NCBI GenBank assembly: GCA_963733035.1
Contig: CAVTBU010000006.1
Location: 352,001 to 416,000 of the forward strand
Length of the DNA: 64,000 bases
Direction: 5' to 3'
DNA from: Pirellulales bacterium
GTDB lineage: Bacteria; Planctomycetota; Planctomycetia; Pirellulales; PALSA-1355
Part shown: piece by piece, positions 18,689-28,571 of the stretch
How the letters are laid out: every line of letters begins with the position of its first letter
How positions within the stretch are numbered: the first letter of the stretch is position 1
Translations under genes and position numbers: made by a program
The notes under the pieces: model-generated
Database searches by the model: none
The model's input: only the letters and a program-made list of their open reading frames with translations
What the model was told of the DNA's origin: nothing

Positions 18689-18861
18689 ATTGGTGCCCCC
18701 GAGTTAATGTGCACTTCGCGTTTTCCTCTCGCGTATCGCCGCACCGCCTCCGCCCCGTCGCTCGTTGCTCCAACCACGTCGTGTCGTTAGAACTAAGCTA
18801 CTAGGAACGCGCAGCCGGGCAGGCGCGCGGGTGGGCCGGTTAGCCTCGGAGAATCAGTTAC

Positions 18862-19209
18862 ATGAGATTGATCATCGCCATCATTCAGCCCACGCGGCTG
18901 GAAGCGGTGAAAGCGGCACTTTCCGAGGTCGAGGTTTTTCGCTTGACCGTAATGGACGTGCAGGGCTTCGGGCGTCAAAAGGGACATACCGAGGTTTACC
19001 GCGGTCATGAGGTGACAGTAAACCTGTTGCGCAAGGTGCAACTGCAGATTGCGGTCAACGAGGAGTTCGTTGAACCGACGATTGGGGCCATCATCAAGGG
19101 AGGACGCACCGGCAAGAGCGGCGAAATTGGCGACGGCAAAATCTTTGTCCTGCCGCTCGACGATTGCATCCGTATTCGCACGGGTGAACGAGGCGGCGAA
19201 GCAATCTAA
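18862..19209 (+). CDS. glnB: Nitrogen regulatory protein P-II (GlnB/GlnK family)
   Basis: GFGRQKGHTEVYRG T-loop, IGDGKIFV, IRIRTGE; GGAG RBS. glnB vs glnK cannot be distinguished; no amtB adjacent. Confidence 0.93.
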   Translation: MRLIIAIIQPTRLEAVKAALSEVEVFRLTVMDVQGFGRQKGHTEVYRGHEVTVNLLRKVQLQIAVNEEFVEPTIGAIIKGGRTGKSGEIGDGKIFVLPLDDCIRIRTGERGGEAI

Positions 19210-19268
19210 AACCCCTCAGGCAGCTTCCGCCAACCGACTGCATTCCGCGAACGTGCCGGTGCGTATTG

Positions 19269-20400
19269 CTAGTGTGACGCTGGTCTGACCGCCGGTCCGC
19301 GGCGACTTGGCATCCATTTGCATAAGCCTACTCCGGCAAAATAAAGCCCCACCAGCGGCACCAGCATCATCATCATGCTATATGGGTCGCCGCCGGGGGA
19401 GAGGACCATCGCCATGATCGCCATGATGAGCACGGCAATTCGCCATTTTGACAGGTATGCCTGCACGCTGAAAACGTGGATTCGCTCCAGAAACAGCATA
19501 ACCAGCGGCAACTGAAAGCTGACACCAAAGCCCAAAGGTAATAGCAGCACGAAGCTCAGCCATTCGCTGAGCCGCGGCCGCATTTCGGTGCCCAGGGATT
19601 CAGCGATGCCGAAGAAGAAATTCAACACCGGCGGAAAAACGGCGAAGAACGCCAAGGCGGCACCCGACAGGAATAGCGCTAGTGAAAACGGCAGGAACAG
19701 GTGGATGTACCGCTTCTCATGTGGGTAGAGTCCGGCTGCCACAAACTGCCAGATGAAATAGAATACCGCGGGGCTTGAAATCACCGCCCCGGCAAGAAAG
19801 CCGGCCTTGATGTAAATGACGAACGGTTCTTGCACGCCGAGTGCGTCGAGTTTCATCCGTTCATCGTCAGCCAATGGCCGCCAGATAAACAGGCGAATCA
19901 TCGCATCCTTGGAAAACTCGCGAACTGCCGGCGATGGTTCGGCTTTATTCCGGGAATCCAGCTCGCTGTTGGGCGATGATTTGCCGCCGGCTGCTTGTGG
20001 CTCCTGCGGCGTTAGATCAATGTCGTCGAACTTGCCGGGATAACGGCTGCGCAAGGCTGCCAGCATATCTCCGGGGGCGACGTACCGCTCTTCAGGCATC
20101 AGCCCATCGGTGTAGATTAGTTGCCCGATGGCTTCTTTTATCGATTCCTCCTCTGCCAGGTCTGGAGGGAGTTGTGTTTCCAACTGTTTGACTGCTCGCT
20201 CTTGATAGAATTTCTCGAGCGCCTTCTTGAGCGGTCGCTCGATGCCACGCACGATCGGCGAAGCAAACAGCAGCCCAATCGCAAACCCGATGACGAGGGC
20301 GATAACGGCCTTGAACAGCGCCGCGCAACTCTTCCAGGTGTTCCCCGAATGTCATCGAGGTATGCTGAAATAGATCGTCTTCGTCGCGTGAATCGACCAT
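19269..20400 (-). CDS. tatC: Twin-arginine translocase TatC, frameshifted near 20320
   Basis: MTFGEHLEELR in one frame; LFKAVIAL..., EPF, WQFVAAGLYPHEK, FGVSFQLP and P.GDPYSM in another. Confidence 0.92.
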
Positions 20401-20647
20401 GGAGTCACCTCGCAATCGGAAGAAATCGAATGTGCGAGGGCAGGGCAAGACGTGCCGTCGGAAAGCCACCACGATCATAACACCGTTTTCGGGCCCCGGC
20501 AACTGCGGTGCCCCGCACAGGACGGGCTGTGTGCGGGGCTTGTGGCGAATGAGCTGATAGTTGAAAATCCGCTTGCCGCGATCTGTTTTTCGTGAGGTTT
20601 GCTGGTCTCAGGAATTCCCAAATTTCTCTGCACCGCGAGGTCCGCTG

Positions 20648-21616
20648 ATGAGTGCGCTTTACCCCTTGCGCTTCCAGCCGATTTTGCGTCGATATTTGTG
20701 GGGCGGCCGCCGACTGGAATCGCTGGGCAAGCAATTGGGGCCCGAAAGCGACTATGCCGAGAGTTGGGAAATCGTGGACCGCCCGACCGATCAAAGCATC
20801 GTGCTGGCCGGCCCGTTAGCGGGAAAGACGTTGGGGGAGTTGGTCCATGAGCACGGTCAGGCGCTCTTGGGCCGTCATGCCGGTCACGAGCATTTTCCGC
20901 TGCTGTTCAAGTTTTTGGACGCCAGCGATCGGCTCTCGATTCAGGTTCATCCGAACGATGCCCGCGCGGCTCAACTTTTCCCGCCCGACCTCGGCAAGAT
21001 GGAAGCCTGGGTGATCCTGGCCACCGAGCCACACAGCTATTTGTATGCCGGCTTGCGGCGCGGCATCACGCGGCAAATGCTCGCCACGCAGCTGGATCGC
21101 CATACGATCGAACTCAGTTGCGAACGCATCGAACCTCGCGTCGGCGATTGTTTCTTTCTGCCGCCAGGCGTCGTGCATGCCATCGGTCCGGGGCTGATGG
21201 TGGCCGAAATCCAACAGGCCAGCGATACCACCTATCGCCTTTACGATTACGATCGGCGCGGACCAGACGGCGAGCGGCGTCAACTGCACGTGGACCAAGC
21301 CCTCGAGTGCATTGATTACGAGTACGGGCCGGTGGCGGCTCAGCGTCCGAAGTCGACCGATTTAGCCAACGTGCAGCGGCTCGTGGATTGTGAGAAATTC
21401 GTGCTCGATCGCGTTCGCATCCAGGGCTCGCATTGCGCCGGCGGCGACGATCGTTGCCACATTCTGGCGGTGCTCGAGGGAGTGGTCCGCGTCGCAGGAG
21501 ATCCGCTTCCCGAGGCGCTCACTATTGGCGGCGTGACCCTCTTGCCGGCCGAACTCGGTGCCATCGAGTTGCAGGCGGCCGAGGGAGCCGTCCTGCTCGA
21601 TGCCTTCCTCCCATAA
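20648..21616 (+). CDS. manA: Type I mannose-6-phosphate isomerase
   Basis: WGG, AESWE, FPLLFKFLDA..LSIQVHP, GK.EAW, HAIG, EIQQASDTTYRLYDY. Confidence 0.92.
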   Translation: MSALYPLRFQPILRRYLWGGRRLESLGKQLGPESDYAESWEIVDRPTDQSIVLAGPLAGKTLGELVHEHGQALLGRHAGHEHFPLLFKFLDASDRLSIQVHPNDARAAQLFPPDLGKMEAWVILATEPHSYLYAGLRRGITRQMLATQLDRHTIELSCERIEPRVGDCFFLPPGVVHAIGPGLMVAEIQQASDTTYRLYDYDRRGPDGERRQLHVDQALECIDYEYGPVAAQRPKSTDLANVQRLVDCEKFVLDRVRIQGSHCAGGDDRCHILAVLEGVVRVAGDPLPEALTIGGVTLLPAELGAIELQAAEGAVLLDAFLP

Positions 21617-21764
21617 GTGACGGTTTGGAGTTTCCGCTAGCACTTAGACGATAGCGGTCTGGGACAGAGGGGAATCCGCCTTCACGGCCGGTCGCGTGAT
21701 GCCTATAATCCCCCGCCCATCCGGCTGCGGGTCAGGCGTGGCGTCTGGGCATTGATCACACTTC

Positions 21765-22148
21765 TTGCTTCCTTTCTCGGGGTGTCCCATCGGACGGTTT
21801 GTTCGTCATGCGTGGTGGACGTCTGCGCTGGTTGCACTTCTGGCGGGTTGCAACGTCGCACCGCCGCGTCTCCTGCATCCGGGGACGGCCCTGGCACAAC
21901 AGGAGAGGGCTGAGCAGTTCGATCCGTACCCGCTTCCCGAGTTAGGACCGCCGACCGAGGCGCGTCCACGGGGCTTCTTGCTACCGCAGCCGGAAAATGA
22001 GCGGATTCAAAACGCGGAGTCTTTTCAAGAACGCTACGGCTCGCCACCACCGCCCGGTCTGTACCGGCCGCCGCGCGGCGTCCCCCGCAACGCCATCCCG
22101 TTCGTCCCGGCGCCACTGACGCAGGCACCCGCGGTATTTGTGCCATAA
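21765..22148 (+). CDS. Proline-rich hypothetical lipoprotein
   Basis: Lipobox LLAGC; TATAAT at 21704-21709; start uncertain. Confidence 0.65.
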   Translation: MLPFSGCPIGRFVRHAWWTSALVALLAGCNVAPPRLLHPGTALAQQERAEQFDPYPLPELGPPTEARPRGFLLPQPENERIQNAESFQERYGSPPPPGLYRPPRGVPRNAIPFVPAPLTQAPAVFVP

Positions 22149-22238
22149 ATCGATCGTGTGCGACGGCTGTTCGCACCGCGACTCACATGAGCTATCATTG
22201 GGGGTTTCCCTGAACCTCCCTCTGGCAGTGTTGAATCC

Positions 22239-23251
22239 ATGCCTCGACCTCGCGATAAGACAATTCAGCCGGATGCTGCGCCTGGCCACCCCGAGCGATT
22301 GCAAAAAATCCTGGCCGCCGCCGGGCTCGGAAGCCGCCGGCAGTGCGAGGAACTGATTCTTACCGGAAGGGTAGAGGTCGACCGCCAGGTCGTTGCCGAG
22401 CTGGGCGCCAAGGCCGATCCGGCCGCCCAGGAAATTCGCGTCGACGGGGTCAGCCTGCCGAAAACGCGGCTCGTCTACTTCATGGTCAACAAGCCGACCG
22501 GCGTGCTGTCGACGAACAGCGACCCGTCGGGTCGGCCGCGCGTGATCGATCTGGTGCCGTACGGCGGAAGGTTGTTTACGGTTGGTCGGCTCGACATGTC
22601 GAGCGAGGGATTGATTCTGGTCACCAACGACGGCGACCTGGCCGATCGATTGACGCATCCGCGCTATGGCGTCGAGAAAACTTATCAGGTGGAAGTAGCC
22701 GGCGAGTTGGATCGTAAACAGCTCGAACAGCTGCACAAGGGAGTGCGGTTGGCTGAAGGATTTGCTCGGGTTGTTTCGGCTCGCGTGCTCCGTCAATATA
22801 AGCAGAGTACACTTTTGGAGATCGTTCTGGCCGAAGGACGCAACCGTGAGATCCGTCGCATCCTGGCCCGCGTTGGCCACAAGGTGGAGCGGCTGAAGCG
22901 CGTGGCGATCGGACCGTTGCGATTGGCCGAGTTGCCACTGGGACAATCGCGGACTCTCGAACCGGACGAACTGCGGAGGCTCAAGCGCGCGGCTCGCGGC
23001 GAGCCCTCCGAGCGAAAGCGTTCGGCGCGCGCAAACCCAAGCAGCCTGCCGCAGCGGCCAAAGGCCAACCTAAACCGCGGACCGTGATTGGCGGCAGCCA
23101 AGCTAGCGCCACCAAGTCTGGCGGCAAGTCGCACGGCCCAAAGCCAGCCGGAGGCAAGCGCGCAAATGCTCGGAGTGGTAAGCCACGCCCGACAGTCATC
23201 GGTGCCGGCAAACCTGCGAGGAAACTCGGTCAATCGAAGCGTGGCCGCTGA
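22239..23251 (+). CDS. rluB: rRNA pseudouridine synthase (RluB/RsuA family); basic C-terminal tail in a shifted frame
   Basis: S4 domain ERLQKILAAAGLGSRR, NKPTGV, VGRLD, HPRYGVEKTY, EGRNREIRR; K/G/P-rich tail runs in another frame to TGA 23249-23251. Confidence 0.88.
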
Positions 23252-23298
23252 GTTACCGCGAGGTCTTTGCGGACAGGCCCTGCACGACGATCGCGGCA

Positions 23299-23327
23299 TT
23301 GGCAATCGTCAGATCGCCCAGTAGGAT
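23299..23327 (+). promoter_or_regulatory. Putative sigma-70 promoter for pyrK
   Basis: TTGGCA-N17-TAGGAT. Confidence 0.45.
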
Positions 23328-23372
23328 GACCGAGAATCGGTTTTTTCGGCCATCGAGGCTCCGCCCGCTCCT

Positions 23373-24239
23373 ATGATGAACCCCTTGCATGCCGCGCATT
23401 ACGCTGATCGGGCTTGCACCGAGCGGGTGTGCGTGATTGAGAACGTGGAGTTGGCCCGTGATACGTACCGTTTGCGGTTCATCTGCCCGACGCTTGCCCG
23501 CCGGATCGTACCCGGCCAGTTCGTGATGCTGCGTTTGGCCGACTGCAACGATCCACTGTTGGGGCGGCCGCTGGCCCTTTACGACACCGTGCTGGATGGG
23601 AACGAGCCGGTCGGCATCGACGTTGTCTATCTCGTCCTCGGCAAGATGACGAGCCGCCTTTCTCGCCTCCTACCGGGACAGGAGTTGGAAGTCTGGGGAC
23701 CCCTAGGAAACGGCTTTCCGCCGCAGGCGACCGAGCATTTGGTGATGGTGGCCGGTGGCATCGGCCAGACGCCATTTCCGGCGCTCGCTCGTGAGCATCT
23801 GGGAGACCGCAGCTACGGCGACCCTCCGCGCAAGGTGTTGCCGGTCCAACGAGTGACACTCTGCTACGGTGCTCGCTCGGCAGATTACCTGGCCGGCATC
23901 GAGGACTTCACGCGCTTGGGTGTCGACGTGCGGACTAGTACGGACGATGGCACGGCCGGGCATCAGGGCCTCGTCACCGACCTCGTCGAGCAAGCGCTCA
24001 CGAGCACCGAGCGGACACGTGTGGTGTGCTGCGGCCCCGAGCCGATGATGGCGGCCGTGGCGCGTATCACGACTAAGTGGGGCGTGCCTTGCCAGGTATC
24101 GCTGGAAACGCCCATGGCTTGTGGCATCGGCATTTGCTTTAGCTGCGTGGCGAGAGTTCGCGACGCGGACGGCTCGTGGGACTATCGACGCACCTGCGTC
24201 GAGGGGCCGGTCTTCGACGCCGCGAAGATCGAATGGTAG
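23373..24239 (+). CDS. pyrK: Dihydroorotate dehydrogenase electron transfer subunit
   Basis: PGQFVM, RP, GPLGNGF, AGGIG, CGPEPMM, MACGIGICFSC...CVEGPVF [2Fe-2S] motif. Confidence 0.9.
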   Translation: MMNPLHAAHYADRACTERVCVIENVELARDTYRLRFICPTLARRIVPGQFVMLRLADCNDPLLGRPLALYDTVLDGNEPVGIDVVYLVLGKMTSRLSRLLPGQELEVWGPLGNGFPPQATEHLVMVAGGIGQTPFPALAREHLGDRSYGDPPRKVLPVQRVTLCYGARSADYLAGIEDFTRLGVDVRTSTDDGTAGHQGLVTDLVEQALTSTERTRVVCCGPEPMMAAVARITTKWGVPCQVSLETPMACGIGICFSCVARVRDADGSWDYRRTCVEGPVFDAAKIEW

Positions 24240-24264
24240 GCAATCTGACCGAAATGACCTACCG

Positions 24265-24537
24265 TTAGCCCTGCGACTTAGCCGCTTTAAGCGCCGCTGA
24301 TAGTCGCGACTTGACCCGGGCGGCCCGATTGGCATGTACCACGCCAGCGGCGGCCGCCTTGTCGATGCGTTTGGCGGTCAAGCGGAACTCGGCCTCGCCC
24401 GTCTCGACATCTCCCGCCACAATCGCGTCGCGGACCTTACGGATCTGCGTCTTGATGGTACTCTTGGCTGCCCGATTGCGATCGCGGCGGACAACGTTCT
24501 GGCGGAGGCGTTTTTTAGCGCTTTTAGTGTTGGGCAT
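24265..24537 (-). CDS. rpsT: 30S ribosomal protein S20
   Basis: MPNTKSAKKRLRQ...IDKAA..GVVHANRAARVKSRL. Confidence 0.97.
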   Translation of the reverse strand: MPNTKSAKKRLRQNVVRRDRNRAAKSTIKTQIRKVRDAIVAGDVETGEAEFRLTAKRIDKAAAAGVVHANRAARVKSRLSAALKAAKSQG

Positions 24538-24619
24538 GGGAGGCTTTGAAAGTCGGGCTTGGGAATGTTTCGGTCGCCGCGGCGGGGCCACGCTGTGGGG
24601 GCCTCTGACCGCCGGAGAA

Positions 24620-26059
24620 TCACCCTTTATGACGAATCTTGGCGATTCTGTCCAGTAGTTGTGGGACGTCCTCATAGCCAAATTCCAGCCCTGCTAGCTC
24701 ACTGAGGTGGTTTTCGGCTCGATCGAGCTCCTCCTTGCCCTGGTCGGCCTGCCCTTCGGAGAGATGCTTCTGGGCGAGCCCCAGAGACAGCTTGCCGGCC
24801 CGGTAGAGCCCTAGCTTGCGATCGTCGACCTCGCGGGTTGTAAGGGCCTCCAGAGCGGACTCGTAGTTTTGCATGGCCAGTTTGTATTGCTTGATCATCT
24901 GGAAGCACTCTCCCAGTTCCAGATGAACCTTGGCCTTCGTTTTGGGGTCGCCGAGGGCTGTCTGGAAAGATTTGATTGCCTCCTGGATTTCCCCGAGTTT
25001 CTTCAGCCGGGTTGCCAACTCGAACTTGAAGTTCAGCTTGTTCGGATAGCGCTCGCTCCGGTTGCGATAGTACTCGAGCTCGCGCGCCCGCAACTCCTTC
25101 TTGAACTTGTTATAGAGCTTCACCGCGTCGGGTGTACGCTCCTTCTCGGCCTTCTTGCGGGCAACGTCCAGTTGCGCCCGCGCAGTACGCAACTGGGCGT
25201 CTTCCAATCGCTCACGAACGACGACGTCGCCGCCGGAGGCCTCGAGCGCCTTGGCGAGTACTGTTTCTGCATCCGTGTGCCGCTCCTCGCGGGTGTGTAG
25301 ATCGGCCAGTTCGAAATACTTGCCGATGTCACCAGGATTCTTGGCCAGATGCTTTTCCAGCTTCTGTTGGGGTGTGTACTTGTTGTCGTCGCCCGTGATC
25401 TGCTCGAATTTGTCGGCGCGCACGTCCTGGCTGCTCTCGGCGTCTTCGTACTTCCCCTTGGAAATGGTTTTTTCGATGGCCAAATCCGCCAGGGCACGCC
25501 CGGCCTCTTCGTCCCCTGGCTTGGCGGTTGCCACGCGCGTCCAACAGGAGATCGCCTGGTCGAAAGCCCCTTGCGCCGCCAGCGCGCGGCCGCACTTGCG
25601 GTTAATATCGGCATCCTTCGAGTCGACGTCGAGAGCCTGCTTGAGATAGGTGAGTTGGGCCTCGCTATAGGAGAGCTCCCCGGCAGCGTCGGCCATGGTA
25701 GAGAGCGTCCAGGTGTCCCAAGGGTTGATTTTGAGACAATCCCAGCCTTTCTCAAGCACGCCTTTGTTGTCCTTGGACATGGCGGACTTCTTCAAGCTGG
25801 CTTGCGCCATCTTTTTTCCGGCGGCGCTGGTGAACCCGGCTCCCTTCTTATTGTCGTTGTACTTCTTGCCCAGGCAGGCCAGGTACTGCTTGATATAGAG
25901 CGCGTTGCCCGGATCTCCCTTGACGCACATATCGAACATGTCGATTGCGTAGTCGAACTGTCCCTGGGCGGCACTCTTGCTGCCTTGTTCGAAACACTGT
26001 TGCAAACGCCGCCGGGTGGCCGCGGAAACGGGTTGCCTGCCTGCAGTTTCGTCGGCCAT
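24620..26059 (-). CDS. Tetratricopeptide-repeat protein
   Basis: Repeated helical TPR-like units (GQFDYAIDMF..C...DPGN; LGECFQMIKQYKLAMQNYESAL). Confidence 0.85.
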   Translation of the reverse strand: MADETAGRQPVSAATRRRLQQCFEQGSKSAAQGQFDYAIDMFDMCVKGDPGNALYIKQYLACLGKKYNDNKKGAGFTSAAGKKMAQASLKKSAMSKDNKGVLEKGWDCLKINPWDTWTLSTMADAAGELSYSEAQLTYLKQALDVDSKDADINRKCGRALAAQGAFDQAISCWTRVATAKPGDEEAGRALADLAIEKTISKGKYEDAESSQDVRADKFEQITGDDNKYTPQQKLEKHLAKNPGDIGKYFELADLHTREERHTDAETVLAKALEASGGDVVVRERLEDAQLRTARAQLDVARKKAEKERTPDAVKLYNKFKKELRARELEYYRNRSERYPNKLNFKFELATRLKKLGEIQEAIKSFQTALGDPKTKAKVHLELGECFQMIKQYKLAMQNYESALEALTTREVDDRKLGLYRAGKLSLGLAQKHLSEGQADQGKEELDRAENHLSELAGLEFGYEDVPQLLDRIAKIRHKG

Positions 26060-26245
26060 CGTGGAGTCTGTATCGGAAAAGCTTGTCAGGATGTGAAGGG
26101 AACCGGTGCTCGCTTCGAAAAGTCCGCCGATATTAGGCCTATTTTGCGGCTACCGGGCAACCGTTTATTTTAGTCGCCCAGTTGCGCCGAAACAACGCGG
26201 CGTGTGCACGCAAAACCGGTGGTTTCGGTTAGACTAAGAGGCGAC

Positions 26246-26851
26246 ATGATTTTCCAGCCGCATCCACGAAGCAGACGGTCGGCCGGCGTCAGCCTGCTTG
26301 AATTGCTCATCGTGCTGGCCATTATCGCCGTTTTAATGGCACTGACACTCGTGGCCGTGCAGCACTCACGCACCGCTGCACGCCGCAGAATCTGCCAGAC
26401 CAACCTCCAGCAGATCTCGTTGGCACTGCGCACGTTCGTCGAACTCAAGCACCGCTTTCCCGATCCGGCGCCAAAGGGCAGTGCGGGCGGCTGGTCCATC
26501 GAACTGCTACCCTTTCTGGAGGAAACGAACCTGCACGACCGGTTGATGGCGAATCCCTCGCTCAGCCCCGGCCGCGGTTCGCCGCTACTGGGCCAGCGGC
26601 CGGCGGTGTTCAGCTGCCCTTCTGGGTATGAGGATGACAGCGAAGTCGAGGGCATTCCGGCGGCCCAATACACGTTCGTACCACCCGTGAATCGAGCGCG
26701 CTTGGGTAGGACGTTCCACTGCCAAGTTGGCGACCTCCCCACCGATTCCCGCTTGCCATGGGCCGTGGGTCCGGAGGTTGCATCGCTCGATAACTCTGCG
26801 AACGGGCCGCATTCGGGCGAATTCAACGTCGAGTATATCCGAGGTGACTGA
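26246..26851 (+). CDS. Short DUF1559-type prepilin protein
   Basis: G|VSLLELLIVLAII, R.AARR..C..NL.QI.LA, W...LLPFLE, F.CPS, C-terminal H.G..N. Confidence 0.85.
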   Translation: MIFQPHPRSRRSAGVSLLELLIVLAIIAVLMALTLVAVQHSRTAARRRICQTNLQQISLALRTFVELKHRFPDPAPKGSAGGWSIELLPFLEETNLHDRLMANPSLSPGRGSPLLGQRPAVFSCPSGYEDDSEVEGIPAAQYTFVPPVNRARLGRTFHCQVGDLPTDSRLPWAVGPEVASLDNSANGPHSGEFNVEYIRGD

Positions 26852-26941
26852 GCGCCCACTACAACCGCTCGGAATCGTACGGCTCGGAATTGATGCGCTC
26901 CCCTCTCGACGCGATGGCCGCTTTGGCGGACGATAGTACGT

Positions 26942-28444
26942 ATGCCAACCGATCACGGCAAAGTCTATCTCGTCGGCGGTGGGCCCGGTGATCCGGGGCT
27001 TGTGACGCTGCGCGGCGCAGTGCATTGCGCGGCGCATGTCGTGATCTACGACTACCTGGTCAATCCGCACGTGCTGGCACACGCCCGTGCCGACGCGGAG
27101 CTCGTCTGCCTGGGGCGTCACGGTCGCGACCGTATTCTCTTGCAAGACGAGATCAACGCCGCGATGATTCGTCACGCTCGAGCCGGCAAAGCGGTTGTGC
27201 GCTTGAAGGGGGGCGACCCGATCGTGTTTGCCCACGTCAGTGAAGAAATTAGTGCCCTGGAAGATGCTGGAGTGCCGTACGAAATCGTGCCGGGGGTGAC
27301 AGCCGCGTTGGCGGTTGGCAGCTACGCCGGTATTCCACTGACGCAAGGTGACGCCGCCTCGGCCGTTGCGCTGGTCACGGGGCACGAACGCGAGGGAAAG
27401 GAGACGGCCCTCGATTACGCCGGCTTGGCCGCGTTCCCCGGGACTTTGGTGTTCTACATGGGTGTCACGACGGCCCCGCACTGGTCGGCCGCGCTGATGG
27501 TCGCGGGCAAGCCGGTCGACACGCCGGTAGCGATTGTGCGACGCTGTTCGCTGCCCGATCAACAGACGCTACTCTGCACTCTCGGCACAGTTGCCGAGGA
27601 GATTCGCAAACGGCACTTGCGTCCGCCGGCGCTGGTGGTCGTGGGTCCCGTGGCTGGCATGGCCACGCATCACGATTGGTTCGTTGAAAGACCCCTGTTC
27701 GGCAACAAGGTAGTCGTCACGCGTGCCGCGCATCAAGCACCCGAGTTGGTTGCGATGCTCGGAGAACTGGGGGCCGAAGTGCTGGTGCAGCCGGCCATCG
27801 AAATCGGCCAGCCAGATGATTGGGAAGCAGTCGATCGAGCCATCGAGCGGCTGGGCGAAATCGACTGGCTAGTGTTTTCCAGTTCGAACGGCGTGCGTAG
27901 TTTTCTCGACCGTTTGCTTACAAAAAGTGACTTGCGATTGTTGGGGAGTTTAAAGCTGGCCGCCATCGGGCCTGGCAGCGCGGAGGAACTAGCGCGGTAT
28001 CATCTGCGAGCCGATGTGGTACCGGGCGAGTATCGCGCCGAAGCTCTCGCAGACGCTCTGCGCGGCGAAGCCGAGCTTGGCAAGCGTTTTTTGCTGTTGA
28101 GGGCCAGCCGGGGAAGAGAGGTGTTGGCCGACGAGCTGACAGTTCACGGCGGCCAGGTCGAGCAGGTGGTCGTCTACACGAGTTGCGACGTACCGACCGT
28201 TGACGAAGAGATTCTACGCCTGCTGCGTGCCGACAAGGTTGATTGGGTGACAGTGACCAGTTCGGCAATTGCGCGGTCATTGGTACAGCTCTGGGGCGAA
28301 GATTTGCGCCGTGCCCGCCTGGCTTCGATCAGCCCGATCACATCGGCCGCGCTCCGCGAGTTGGGGTACGAGGTGGCCGCCGAGGCGAGCAATTACACGA
28401 TCCCCGGGCTGGTTTCCGCGATTCTCGCCGCGGCCCAGCGTTAG
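26942..28444 (+). CDS. cobA: Uroporphyrinogen-III C-methyltransferase / uroporphyrinogen-III synthase fusion
   Basis: VYLVGGGPGDPGL, VRLKGGDP, VPGVTA, FYMG; then a HemD domain (VVTRA, FSSSNGV, AIGP, TSSAIA). Confidence 0.93.
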   Translation: MPTDHGKVYLVGGGPGDPGLVTLRGAVHCAAHVVIYDYLVNPHVLAHARADAELVCLGRHGRDRILLQDEINAAMIRHARAGKAVVRLKGGDPIVFAHVSEEISALEDAGVPYEIVPGVTAALAVGSYAGIPLTQGDAASAVALVTGHEREGKETALDYAGLAAFPGTLVFYMGVTTAPHWSAALMVAGKPVDTPVAIVRRCSLPDQQTLLCTLGTVAEEIRKRHLRPPALVVVGPVAGMATHHDWFVERPLFGNKVVVTRAAHQAPELVAMLGELGAEVLVQPAIEIGQPDDWEAVDRAIERLGEIDWLVFSSSNGVRSFLDRLLTKSDLRLLGSLKLAAIGPGSAEELARYHLRADVVPGEYRAEALADALRGEAELGKRFLLLRASRGREVLADELTVHGGQVEQVVVYTSCDVPTVDEEILRLLRADKVDWVTVTSSAIARSLVQLWGEDLRRARLASISPITSAALRELGYEVAAEASNYTIPGLVSAILAAAQR

Positions 28445-28571
28445 TTAATTCTCCGCTCTCGGCTTGCTAGCAGGGCAGTGCCATCAGGTTTTCGTCGAGC
28501 CGGTACCCCGGGTTTGCCGAAGCTGATGAAGGCTACCCGCCAGACCATTGCCTTCCCGTGGAGATCGAGCC

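Noticed and set aside
18520..18690. Known glutamine riboswitch or ANTAR twin-hairpin motif
   Set aside because: I could not find the consensus features by eye; an Rfam scan is needed to settle it.
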